Of a stretch of 64,000 nucleotides of DNA, positions 10,575-18,984 are shown one piece after another; the stretch's first letter is position 1, and each line of letters begins with the position of its first letter. The stretch lies in the NCBI GenBank assembly GCA_023382265.1, contig JAMCPX010000008.1, positions 84,274 through 148,273 on the forward strand, given 5' to 3'. Below the pieces are notes generated by a model. The model did no database searches, was not told where the DNA came from, and saw only the letters and a program-made list of their open reading frames with translations. This stretch comes from Deltaproteobacteria bacterium. GTDB lineage: Bacteria; JAMCPX01. The position numbers and the translations under genes were made by a program.

Positions 10575-10768
10575 TAAAGTTATTTAAAACTTGTTGATAA
10601 GTATATTGTAATTATATATATGTAATTACAAACAGAAGTGTTAACACATTTTAAACTGAATTGTTTTAAAAATTTTTTATAAAAATTAAATAGATAAAAA
10701 ATATGAGTAGATTTTTAACAAACTTACTACTATGATTATTATATATTATCAAATACTAGGAGATAGTT
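10575..10768. other. oriC part 2 (candidate unwinding region between dnaA and dnaN)
   Basis: DnaA-box-like TGTTGATAA at 10592-10600; trinucleotide run TACTACTATGATTATTATA at ~10725-10743 resembling DnaA-trios; extremely AT-rich. Confidence 0.6.
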
Positions 10769-11866
10769 ATGGAGTTTAGTATATTAAAAAAAGATTTTGT
10801 TTCCGCAATAAGTAAAGTGATCGGTGCAACAGAAAAAAAAGCAAGTATGCCGATATTATCCAATATTTTAATAAAAATAGAAAAAGATATTCTGACAATT
10901 ATAGGAACAGATCTTGAAGTTACAATTATCACTAAAATTAAGTGTAATAATATAGTTTCAGAAGGAAAAACGGTAGTACCAGCTAAAAAAATATTTGATT
11001 TTGTAAAAGAACTGCCCGAGAGTGAAATTAATATAAAAATAGAAGATGGATTGATAAATATGGTTATAGGAAAGATATCAGGTAAATTAAAAGTTTTACA
11101 AGCAGAGGACTTTCCTATGATAGAAGAGTACAAAGACGGTTTTACAAAAATTGATAACAACACTATTATGAAGACCATAGATAAAACGATATATGCTGCC
11201 TCTACTGATGAGGTTAGATACAGTTTGAACGGTATATTTTTAGAAAAATATATAAATAAATTAAGATTTGTGGCTACGGATAGTCATAGAATGGCTTTGT
11301 GTGATTTAAAAGAAGTAAATAGTATAGAAGGTTTAACAAAAGGGGTTATAATACCAAGAAAAGGCTTATATGAAATGAGAAAAATAAACAGCGATAATGA
11401 CGTTGAAATTGCTATTGATAAAAATAAAAATTTTATAGTAAGAATAGGTGATACTACAATACAGATGAGACTGTTGGATTATGATTTTCCTGATTATAAA
11501 CCTGTTATACCAAAAGAAACAAAGGTTAATATAAAAATAAATAAAAATATTTTAGCATCAGCAATAAAGAGGGCTCAATCTATATATCAGGATAAAATAA
11601 CAAGAATCATATTCAATGTTAATAATAAGACTCTTACCATAGAAAGTAGTGAGTCTGATACGGGTGAGGCAAAAGAAGAAATAGAGATAGACTACAATGG
11701 TGAACCTTTAACAATAGGCTTTAATGGAAGATATGTATTAGACTGCTTAAACACAATAGAAAGTGATTTTATAATAATTGGTTTGAATAATGATCAAAGT
11801 GTTGCAACAATTATACCGGAAGAAGATAAATTACATTATAACCTTATTATGCCTATGAGAATATAG
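10769..11866 (+). CDS. dnaN: DNA polymerase III beta sliding clamp
   Basis: PILSNIL, GTDLE, VATDSHRMA, FPDY and C-terminal IMPMRI; follows dnaA; AGGAG SD. Confidence 0.96.
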   Translation: MEFSILKKDFVSAISKVIGATEKKASMPILSNILIKIEKDILTIIGTDLEVTIITKIKCNNIVSEGKTVVPAKKIFDFVKELPESEINIKIEDGLINMVIGKISGKLKVLQAEDFPMIEEYKDGFTKIDNNTIMKTIDKTIYAASTDEVRYSLNGIFLEKYINKLRFVATDSHRMALCDLKEVNSIEGLTKGVIIPRKGLYEMRKINSDNDVEIAIDKNKNFIVRIGDTTIQMRLLDYDFPDYKPVIPKETKVNIKINKNILASAIKRAQSIYQDKITRIIFNVNNKTLTIESSESDTGEAKEEIEIDYNGEPLTIGFNGRYVLDCLNTIESDFIIIGLNNDQSVATIIPEEDKLHYNLIMPMRI

Positions 11867-12028
11867 GATAGTTTTATGTAAAAATAGAGTACAGCATTAC
11901 TGAATATATCTAAGGTCCGGTTTTAGATGATTATGAGATTATATTAAGATACGCAATTTAAAAAAGTAACAAAAACCATCATCCACCCCAAAAGCGAAGC
12001 AGCCAAAAAATCCAAAAATTTAATGTGG

Positions 12029-12247
12029 TTACTTCTTCTCTTCCTGTTTTGGTACCTTGGATTTTGCAGTGGAGATACCAACGACTTTATATAACGGACA
12101 AAAGCTTATACTGGATGTTAAAATCGGTACAAACCCTATCAATCCGAGCCATCTCCACGAGCCATGTACCCAGAAGATCATTGAAAGAAGAAATAACCCG
12201 ATTATCCATCTCACAACCTTGTCAACAGAACCAACATTTTGTTCCAT
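12029..12247 (-). CDS. DUF2892 (YgaP-like) small membrane protein
   Basis: NVGSVDKVVR...G...FCPLY..GIST signature; GGAGG SD. Confidence 0.85.
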   Translation of the reverse strand: MEQNVGSVDKVVRWIIGLFLLSMIFWVHGSWRWLGLIGFVPILTSSISFCPLYKVVGISTAKSKVPKQEEKK

Positions 12248-12487
12248 ATATATACCTCCTCGTTACTAATAGTATAGTGACAAATAAAAATGATTTCAAG
12301 TATTGACTGCGAAAATGCATTTTAAAATATAGAAGAATATGTTGTAAACAATAAAAATAGTTATGGCATGCCATTCGCGCAGAATTGATTATCTGACAAA
12401 GATAAAAGTGTTGATAGGCAAGAATAAAAATATAGTTGAAAATATAACCATTTATAATAAATATAGTAATTAACAGGAGGCCAAAAA

Positions 12488-13363
12488 ATGGCAGAAAATA
12501 AAAAAAGTAAAATAATCGGCATTATAGGAGGGAGCGGTATGTATGAGATGGAGGGTATAAAAGGTGTTAAAGAAATACGATTAGAAACACCTTATGGGGA
12601 TCCATCGGATGCCTACATTATAGGTGAATACAATGATGCAGAGTTTATATTTCTACCGCGTCACGGCAAAGGACATCGTATACTTCCATCAGAGATAAAC
12701 TTCAGAGCAAATATTTATGGTATGAAGATGCTTGGAGTAGAATGGATAATATCTGTAAGTGCGGTAGGGAGTATGAAAGAGGATATAAAGCCGGGAGATA
12801 TTGTTATACCGGATCAGTTTATAGATTTAACAAAAAAGAGAGAATCAACCTTTTTTGGTAATGGCATTGTCTCGAGTATTTCTATGGCAGACCCTGTATG
12901 CCCTGTTTTGTCGGGAGAGCTGTATAGCGCAGGCAAAAAGCTTGGTATAACAACACACAAGGGAGGTACATATGTATGTATTGAAGGACCGCAGTTTTCT
13001 TCAAGGGCGGAATCAAAGTTATACAGACAATGGGGTGTGGATATAATAGGAATGACAAATATGCCGGAGGCAAAACTCGCACGAGAGGCGGAGATTTGCT
13101 ATGCAACGATCGCACTTGCAACAGACTATGATTGCTGGTATCAAGGTATGAAGGATGTTGAAGTGAATGAGATTGTTAAAACGATGCAAGAAAATATAGA
13201 AAAGGCGAAAAGTATTATAAAGGCAGTTATCCCTATAATTGATCATTCAAGGGTATGCTCATGTTCTCATGCACTCCGGGATAGCTTTATGACATCAACT
13301 TCACTCATCTCCGAAAAGATCAAAAAAGATTTAAAACCCATCATAGGAGATTATATAAAATGA
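12488..13363 (+). CDS. mtnP: S-methyl-5'-thioadenosine phosphorylase
   Basis: GIIGGSG, LPRHG, EGPQFSSRAES, GMTNMPEAKLAREAEICY and TDYDCW. Confidence 0.92.
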   Translation: MAENKKSKIIGIIGGSGMYEMEGIKGVKEIRLETPYGDPSDAYIIGEYNDAEFIFLPRHGKGHRILPSEINFRANIYGMKMLGVEWIISVSAVGSMKEDIKPGDIVIPDQFIDLTKKRESTFFGNGIVSSISMADPVCPVLSGELYSAGKKLGITTHKGGTYVCIEGPQFSSRAESKLYRQWGVDIIGMTNMPEAKLAREAEICYATIALATDYDCWYQGMKDVEVNEIVKTMQENIEKAKSIIKAVIPIIDHSRVCSCSHALRDSFMTSTSLISEKIKKDLKPIIGDYIK

Positions 13364-13803
13364 AAAAAAATTTCATAAGAATATGTATATGGGCAAGTTT
13401 TATACTAACTTCATGTGCAGTTAACAGTACTACAGGCACAGTAGTAACGATTAATCAAAACAATCAAGATAGGTTTGAAGAGCAAAAGATGTTTACCGTA
13501 AACCTGATTCCGCCGGAAGGAGGTAAGTCTATCTGGGAAGGTAAGAAGTTAGAACCCCCTTACAGCAAACAGGTTTTACCTGGTAAGACATATAATGTTC
13601 AAGTAGAAACAGCGGATGGAGTTATATATGATGGCAGTATTAAGGTACTTGCAGATGGGGGTAGTATAGGGAAATATCCTGGTTATGATGTAAGACTTTT
13701 AAAATATATCAGAGGGATCATTAAACAAGAAAAACATATTTCTTTTTATCTAAACTCTCCGGCAGGCAGGCAGGTACTTTTGGTAACTTTTATATCGCAT
13801 TAA
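13360..13803 (+). CDS. Hypothetical lipoprotein
   Basis: ATGA overlap with mtnP; lipobox-like ILTSC. Confidence 0.55.
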   Translation: MKKNFIRICIWASFILTSCAVNSTTGTVVTINQNNQDRFEEQKMFTVNLIPPEGGKSIWEGKKLEPPYSKQVLPGKTYNVQVETADGVIYDGSIKVLADGGSIGKYPGYDVRLLKYIRGIIKQEKHISFYLNSPAGRQVLLVTFISH

Positions 13804-13850
13804 ATCAAAATAATACATATTAAACCGTAAATGGAAACACGGAATTATGA

Positions 13851-13877
13851 GCAGGGGCGGGTTAAATCCGTCCCTGC
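13851..13877. terminator. GC-rich hairpin between convergent genes (terminator or REP-derived)
   Basis: GCAGGGGCGGG-TTAAA-TCCGTCCCTGC stem-loop 3' of the cyc2 operon. Confidence 0.55.
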
Positions 13878-13901
13878 CAGCTAGTCAAATTCTACAGATA
13901 C

Positions 13902-14300
13902 TCACTTCAGACTTTTGATATAAGCAATAATATCGTCGATCTCTATAGGACTGAGCTTACCTTTAAAAGAAGGCATGACATGTGCGGGAAAACCTTTTAC
14001 ATTATAATCGTCCGGATCAAGGATCTTGTTCTTTATAAATTTATCATCAACAACTATCTTTTCTTCTTTTCCACCTATGTTAACGAATTCTTTTTTACCA
14101 TACAAACCCTTGTAAGATGGTCCCACAAGTGTAGTACCATTGGCAGTATGGCATGCTGTACAACCTTTTTCTTGAACAATCTGTAAACCTTTTGCAGCAC
14201 TACCTTCTGCTACCTTTGCTCCCATAGCCTGAGAAACAACCGAAATTCCTGCTATAATCATTATAGCCATAAGCACTGTAAACTTTATTCTTTTTACCAT
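13902..14300 (-). CDS. Periplasmic monoheme class I cytochrome c (resembles the cytochrome c domain of caa3-type CoxB)
   Basis: Signal peptide ending SQA; one CTACH; VGPSYKGLYG; distal VMPSF Met; AGGAGG SD before the ATG at 14300. Confidence 0.9.
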   Translation of the reverse strand: MVKRIKFTVLMAIMIIAGISVVSQAMGAKVAEGSAAKGLQIVQEKGCTACHTANGTTLVGPSYKGLYGKKEFVNIGGKEEKIVVDDKFIKNKILDPDDYNVKGFPAHVMPSFKGKLSPIEIDDIIAYIKSLK

Positions 14301-14381
14301 ATCATCCTCCTGATAACTAAAATATATGTGCTTCTTAAACCAACAGAGGTACATATAAAATTATTGTTCTTATAATACAAA

Positions 14382-15827
14382 CTAAAACAAATATTCAAGT
14401 TTTATTGCAGTTACATCAAAATCAGACGGTGATATATTTGATGTTGGGACTTGAGCAAGTGCTGCATATTGTGCAACCCCTGGGTTATACTTCATAAAGA
14501 ATGAATGTTCCAACAGTAAATTGACATTCTGGTATGGATACCATGATAGTCCTGCAACAAGAGATTGGACATCCATATCACTTACCTGAGAGGAGCTTGT
14601 TGAAAGATACTTTACATATGCCCCATAAGTTCTCTTGTAATAATAATCTGCCATAACACCCAGGCCGTTCCTGCTCACAGAGGTACCACTGTTCGAAAAA
14701 CTGGTTCCGGAGTACTGATCTACTCCATAAAACTTACTATCATTCTCTGATTGATAAAGTACATAAAGTTCTGCAAGATTGTTGTTGGCAAGATACTGTG
14801 CCTGCAGGTCAACGCCATAGTTCGTATAATTATCAAGATAATTTGGATTTACCAGAGATGAAATAGGCTGAGTCATCCTCTCATTGCCAAAATATCCGAA
14901 TCCGCCGATTTCTACATATACATTATTAAACTCAGGTAAGTAATAAGACACGCGAACACCGGGATCAACAGTGCTTGAGCCATTGAATACCCCGGTTCCA
15001 GCCACTCCTCCCTGAACATATCCGGTCAAGGTTTGATTTTTTGTAGGATGATATGCCCCTACACACGCGTAAAGGCCGCCATCAGTAAAGTCACCCCACA
15101 TACCATATAATTCACCACCTTCTACAAATGCCGTGTTTGTATCAAGTAAGGTATTGTGTGTGCTCATGCCCATAAGTGTAGATGTTAATCCCCACATGCC
15201 AAATGTATTTGAAGGATCTGCCATACCAACCGTATCAACAGCTCTGAATCCATAGCTTAAAGTTTTCCCTGCAAATGTTGTATCTGATCCTACAAATGCA
15301 AGATCAAAGATACCTAAACCAAGGGTTCCGCCTTCATCATTAATACCTGTTAATTCAATTAATGTACCAATATGAGGACCAATCTTTCCTCCTACATATA
15401 TACTGGAGTCAGCAAGCAGGTTAAGAACATCCGTATCTCCATACCCTGAAGGATATGAAACAAAGCCCTGTCCTCCTGTCGCGATACCTCTTGGAACAAT
15501 GCCGTTGTTCCCGCCCTGCTGATTATTCCATCTGGCAACCAGTCTTGCCGACAGCATTGGAACCTTGTTGATTGCAAGTCCAGGCATGGATTTATCATCA
15601 GACTTTATCTGATCTACATAGTCTATCGTATAACCATGAAGTTTAAAATTCCTGCCAAATGGTGTTAGATGAGGGAAAACAGTGTGACACACATCACAGG
15701 CAAGACCTGTTTGTCTTGCAAAACTCGGTACTGCTTTGGCGTTTTTCGGTAAGCCGATCGTCATAACAAAGACCAACCCTGATAACACTATAACCGTTCC
15801 TAATTTACTTAAAACATTCTTTTTCAT
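14382..15827 (-). CDS. cyc2: Cyc2-type outer-membrane monoheme cytochrome-porin fusion (putative Fe(II) oxidase)
   Basis: Signal peptide, then AVPSFARQTGLACDVCHTVFPHLTPFGRNFKLHGY (Cyc2 N-terminal signature). The remainder is a Gly/aromatic-rich beta-strand domain ending IKLEYLF. Confidence 0.88.
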   Translation of the reverse strand: MKKNVLSKLGTVIVLSGLVFVMTIGLPKNAKAVPSFARQTGLACDVCHTVFPHLTPFGRNFKLHGYTIDYVDQIKSDDKSMPGLAINKVPMLSARLVARWNNQQGGNNGIVPRGIATGGQGFVSYPSGYGDTDVLNLLADSSIYVGGKIGPHIGTLIELTGINDEGGTLGLGIFDLAFVGSDTTFAGKTLSYGFRAVDTVGMADPSNTFGMWGLTSTLMGMSTHNTLLDTNTAFVEGGELYGMWGDFTDGGLYACVGAYHPTKNQTLTGYVQGGVAGTGVFNGSSTVDPGVRVSYYLPEFNNVYVEIGGFGYFGNERMTQPISSLVNPNYLDNYTNYGVDLQAQYLANNNLAELYVLYQSENDSKFYGVDQYSGTSFSNSGTSVSRNGLGVMADYYYKRTYGAYVKYLSTSSSQVSDMDVQSLVAGLSWYPYQNVNLLLEHSFFMKYNPGVAQYAALAQVPTSNISPSDFDVTAIKLEYLF

Positions 15828-15861
15828 TAGCTCCTCCTTCTTAAGTTAAAAGATGACTGTT

Positions 15862-15889
15862 TTTATATGCTATTCAAAATTTGTGTCAA
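15862..15889 (-). promoter_or_regulatory. Putative sigma70 promoter of cyc2
   Basis: Minus strand TTGACA-N16-TATAAA, followed by a GAAGGAGG SD before the cyc2 ATG. Confidence 0.5.
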
Positions 15890-16116
15890 CAATTTGGTTT
15901 ACAATATGCTTCGTATCCGTGGCCGATATACAGGAGAGGTTATTTGTAGAAGAATATATAAAAAACAAAGTAATCAATTATATAATATTCAAATATCTAT
16001 TGCTTAAAAATTCAAACAAGAATAAAAAAACAAAAGATAAAGAAAAACTTGACTTAATAGATTATATATAGACTTTACAATATAATATAAAAACTAATAA
16101 AGGAAGATTTTTTGTT

Positions 16117-16824
16117 ATGAATATTAAAAGGTATATAATTGCAGGATTGTTTACTACACTTATTACAACGACAGTACACGCCGGGCAAAATGCCTGTATT
16201 ACCTGCCACGAGTCTCTTGGTGGAACGATCGCCGCACCTGTTATACACTGGAAGGGCTCTATACACTCGCAAAACGGCGTAACATGTAATTCATGTCACG
16301 GTGGTAATCCTGATGTTAAAACAGGGAATATAAAATTTTTATCACCTGCTGAATTTAGTAATATACAGGCTCATGCAATGTCAAAAGCAAGCGGGTTTAT
16401 TGGTATACCATCAGGCAAAACGATGTTTGATATGTGTGGGAAATGTCATACGGATTCAGTAAATATGTATGCCAACAGTATAATGGGTGTCGCATATTTA
16501 GAAAATAAAGGCGGTCCATCATGCGCAACCTGTCATAATAGCCATGATAATGTTATTCCTGCTGTGCCGAAGGTATGTGAGCAATGCCATAAAGATATAA
16601 CGGGTTTTGATCAGATATCCCCTATGAATGTTTCCGATGCAACAATTCATGACCTTTCTATGCTAAGGATACATATCGAACAAAAGAAGGTGGAGGGTAA
16701 TAAGCTGCCCATATTCAGCAAGGAGCTCGCTTCATTTCAGATCGGATTTGTAGCATGGGGAGCAGTGCTTTTACTGTTGATAGTCTCGTTCATCATCTAT
16801 ATCGTACTCGAGAAGAGGAGTTAA
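16117..16824 (+). CDS. Pentaheme cytochrome c with C-terminal membrane anchor (in the position of the cytochrome c subunit of a Rieske/cyt b complex)
   Basis: Signal peptide; CITCH, CNSCH, CGKCH, CATCH, CEQCH; C-terminal hydrophobic helix followed by EKRS. Confidence 0.88.
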   Translation: MNIKRYIIAGLFTTLITTTVHAGQNACITCHESLGGTIAAPVIHWKGSIHSQNGVTCNSCHGGNPDVKTGNIKFLSPAEFSNIQAHAMSKASGFIGIPSGKTMFDMCGKCHTDSVNMYANSIMGVAYLENKGGPSCATCHNSHDNVIPAVPKVCEQCHKDITGFDQISPMNVSDATIHDLSMLRIHIEQKKVEGNKLPIFSKELASFQIGFVAWGAVLLLLIVSFIIYIVLEKRS

Positions 16825-16825
16825 T

Positions 16826-17089
16826 ATGTCATTTGAGATCATTCACGAAAATAAACCATCATACTCTAAACCGGCAGGTGTTGTAATTGTATTCTTATCC
16901 CTCCTGCTTCTTGTTATGGCTGTTTTTTTTGCTTATCTGTTTATATCGGGCAAGGGTACCGACTATATAATGGGTACTATTCTTGCTTTTGAATTCTTAA
17001 TCTCGGGTATACTGCTGATTCTTTTTGCTAAATATTTTATTTCATTTAGGCACGTGGCAGAAGATCGTAAGGAGGAATTCTTATGGTAG
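16826..17089 (+). CDS. Small two-TM accessory subunit of the Rieske/cyt b complex (FbcX-like)
   Basis: Two hydrophobic helices; translationally coupled on both sides; C-terminus EDRKEEFLW recalls Thermus FbcX (from memory). Confidence 0.65.
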   Translation: MSFEIIHENKPSYSKPAGVVIVFLSLLLLVMAVFFAYLFISGKGTDYIMGTILAFEFLISGILLILFAKYFISFRHVAEDRKEEFLW

Positions 17090-17703
17090 ATAACCATACA
17101 AATGATCCATTTGGCGACGGTAACAAAGGAATAACACGCAGGAAGTTTATTCTTAGTATAATACTTGTAGCAATAGCCGGTGCATTCGGATCCATATTAT
17201 CATTGCTTAAGGTTTTGTCACCTTCAAAAAAAGGTGCCGGATATGTATCAACCATAGTTTCGGGTGATAAGCTTTTATACGCGTCCGGGAATCAAGTTGG
17301 TTCTGTAATAAAAGCTTCTGCCATGGGGGTTGGGGACGCTGTGCTTGCATATCCTATTGGTAAAACATCTAACCCGGCAAACCTTGTGCAGCTGATTAAA
17401 TTAGAGGAAAAAGATTTTCAGCCTCCAACGGATATTAAGTTTACAGACAAGGGGTTTGTCGCGTACAGTGCAATATGTACACATCTTGGATGCACAGTTT
17501 CATGGGTTAACAATAAAAATGCGCCTACGCACTCTTACTCAGAGTGTTTTTGTCATAACAGTATTTTTAATCCGGAAAAGGGTGCAAAGGTTATTGGCGG
17601 TCCTGCACCTGTGCCGCTTGCACAAATAGGCATAAGGGTTGATAGCGATGATTCTTTAGTTTTTACTAGCGGTTTTAATGGTCCAATAGGACCACAGGTA
17701 TAA
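17083..17703 (+). CDS. Rieske [2Fe-2S] subunit of a quinol:cytochrome c oxidoreductase
   Basis: Tat-like ITRRKFI plus TM helix; CTHLGC; CFCHNS; GPAPVPL. Confidence 0.93.
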   Translation: MVDNHTNDPFGDGNKGITRRKFILSIILVAIAGAFGSILSLLKVLSPSKKGAGYVSTIVSGDKLLYASGNQVGSVIKASAMGVGDAVLAYPIGKTSNPANLVQLIKLEEKDFQPPTDIKFTDKGFVAYSAICTHLGCTVSWVNNKNAPTHSYSECFCHNSIFNPEKGAKVIGGPAPVPLAQIGIRVDSDDSLVFTSGFNGPIGPQV

Positions 17704-17724
17704 AAAAATAATGAGGTAACTGAT

Positions 17725-18984
17725 ATGCTTTTTGATTGGTTTGAACAAAGACTGGAACTTAAAAAATTTAAAGAAAAATATTTAACAAAAACTTTTCCAA
17801 CGCATCCTACATTTCTATTGGGAGAGATAGCTCTTTTTTCTTTTATAACCCTGGTTATAACAGGCATATTTCTCGGGTTCCTTTATGAGCCATCAACGAA
17901 GCTTACACCGCTTTTTAGTGCCATGGTTCCGGCAGCATATGCGAGTGTTGTTAAAATAGATCTTATTCCTCTCGGCATGATCATAAGGCGCATACATCAC
18001 TGGTCTGCAATGATTATGATAGCCTCTATTTTAGCACACTTATTAAGGGTTTATTTTACTTCCGCTTATAGGAAACCGCGAGAGATAAACTGGTTTATAG
18101 GACTTGCATTATTTGGTCTTTCGCTCTTTGCTGCATTTACAGGCTATCTCCTGCCATACAGCAATTTCTCTGTAACGGCTACATCTATTGGCTATTATAT
18201 AGCCAAGTCGGTACCATGGATTGGAGGCTGGGTATCAAGATTGGTATTTGCAGGAGAATTCCCTTCTGATGCAACTGTCCCAAGGTTCTTCTTTTTACAC
18301 GTCATGCTTATCCCCATACTTCTTTTAAGCCTTATAGGTTTGCACATGATGATCCTCGTAAAACAAAAGCATACAGAACCTCTTGCAAATAAATCCAAGA
18401 AAGAGGCAGAAAACGGTAAAAGACTTATTGGTATCCCAATCTGGCCTGAGCAAACCATCATCAGTGTATCTTTTTATTTCTTTTTACTGTTTATAATTAT
18501 ACTGATTGCGACCAACATACCTCTTAATCCTATAGAGGCATACGGCCCTCCTTCACCGGGAACGCCGGTTATGAGACCAGATTGGTATTTCTTAATGATC
18601 TATGGATTTTTAAAACTGATTCCGGGAGATTTGTCTTTTAGTATTCTCGGCGGCAAGTTCACACCGGAAACGATCGGCGGTGTACTATTTCCTTCTGTGC
18701 TAATATTGGCCATTATCCTTATTCCTTTTCTTGACAGAGCTAAAGAGCCTGTAAGCTACATAGAAAATCCATTACATAGGCCATTTATGACTTCAATAGG
18801 ACTTACAGGAATTACTTTTACATCAATGCTTGTAGTTGCAGGTTATATCGATGTGCTTCATATAAAGCCAAAAGCTATGCTTATATTGTTAGCAGTTACA
18901 AGTGTTTCAATGTGGGTAATCTCTTATTTCCTTTTAAGGTTTTACAATAATAGAAGAAATAACGGAGGGAACAATGTTAAATAA
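17725..18984 (+). CDS. Cytochrome b subunit (unsplit, QcrB/FbcB-like)
   Basis: FLLGEIALFSF, RRIHHWSA...AHLLRV, AYRKPREINW, FTGYLLP, FFFLHV...LH and the Qo motif PDWY. Confidence 0.95.
   Translation: MLFDWFEQRLELKKFKEKYLTKTFPTHPTFLLGEIALFSFITLVITGIFLGFLYEPSTKLTPLFSAMVPAAYASVVKIDLIPLGMIIRRIHHWSAMIMIASILAHLLRVYFTSAYRKPREINWFIGLALFGLSLFAAFTGYLLPYSNFSVTATSIGYYIAKSVPWIGGWVSRLVFAGEFPSDATVPRFFFLHVMLIPILLLSLIGLHMMILVKQKHTEPLANKSKKEAENGKRLIGIPIWPEQTIISVSFYFFLLFIIILIATNIPLNPIEAYGPPSPGTPVMRPDWYFLMIYGFLKLIPGDLSFSILGGKFTPETIGGVLFPSVLILAIILIPFLDRAKEPVSYIENPLHRPFMTSIGLTGITFTSMLVVAGYIDVLHIKPKAMLILLAVTSVSMWVISYFLLRFYNNRRNNGGNNVK

Noticed and set aside
12364..12378. Second sigma54-like motif TGGCATGCCATTCGC upstream of mtnP
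   Set aside because: The -12 element is poor, no clear enhancer is present, and the match may be a by-product of a short palindrome.
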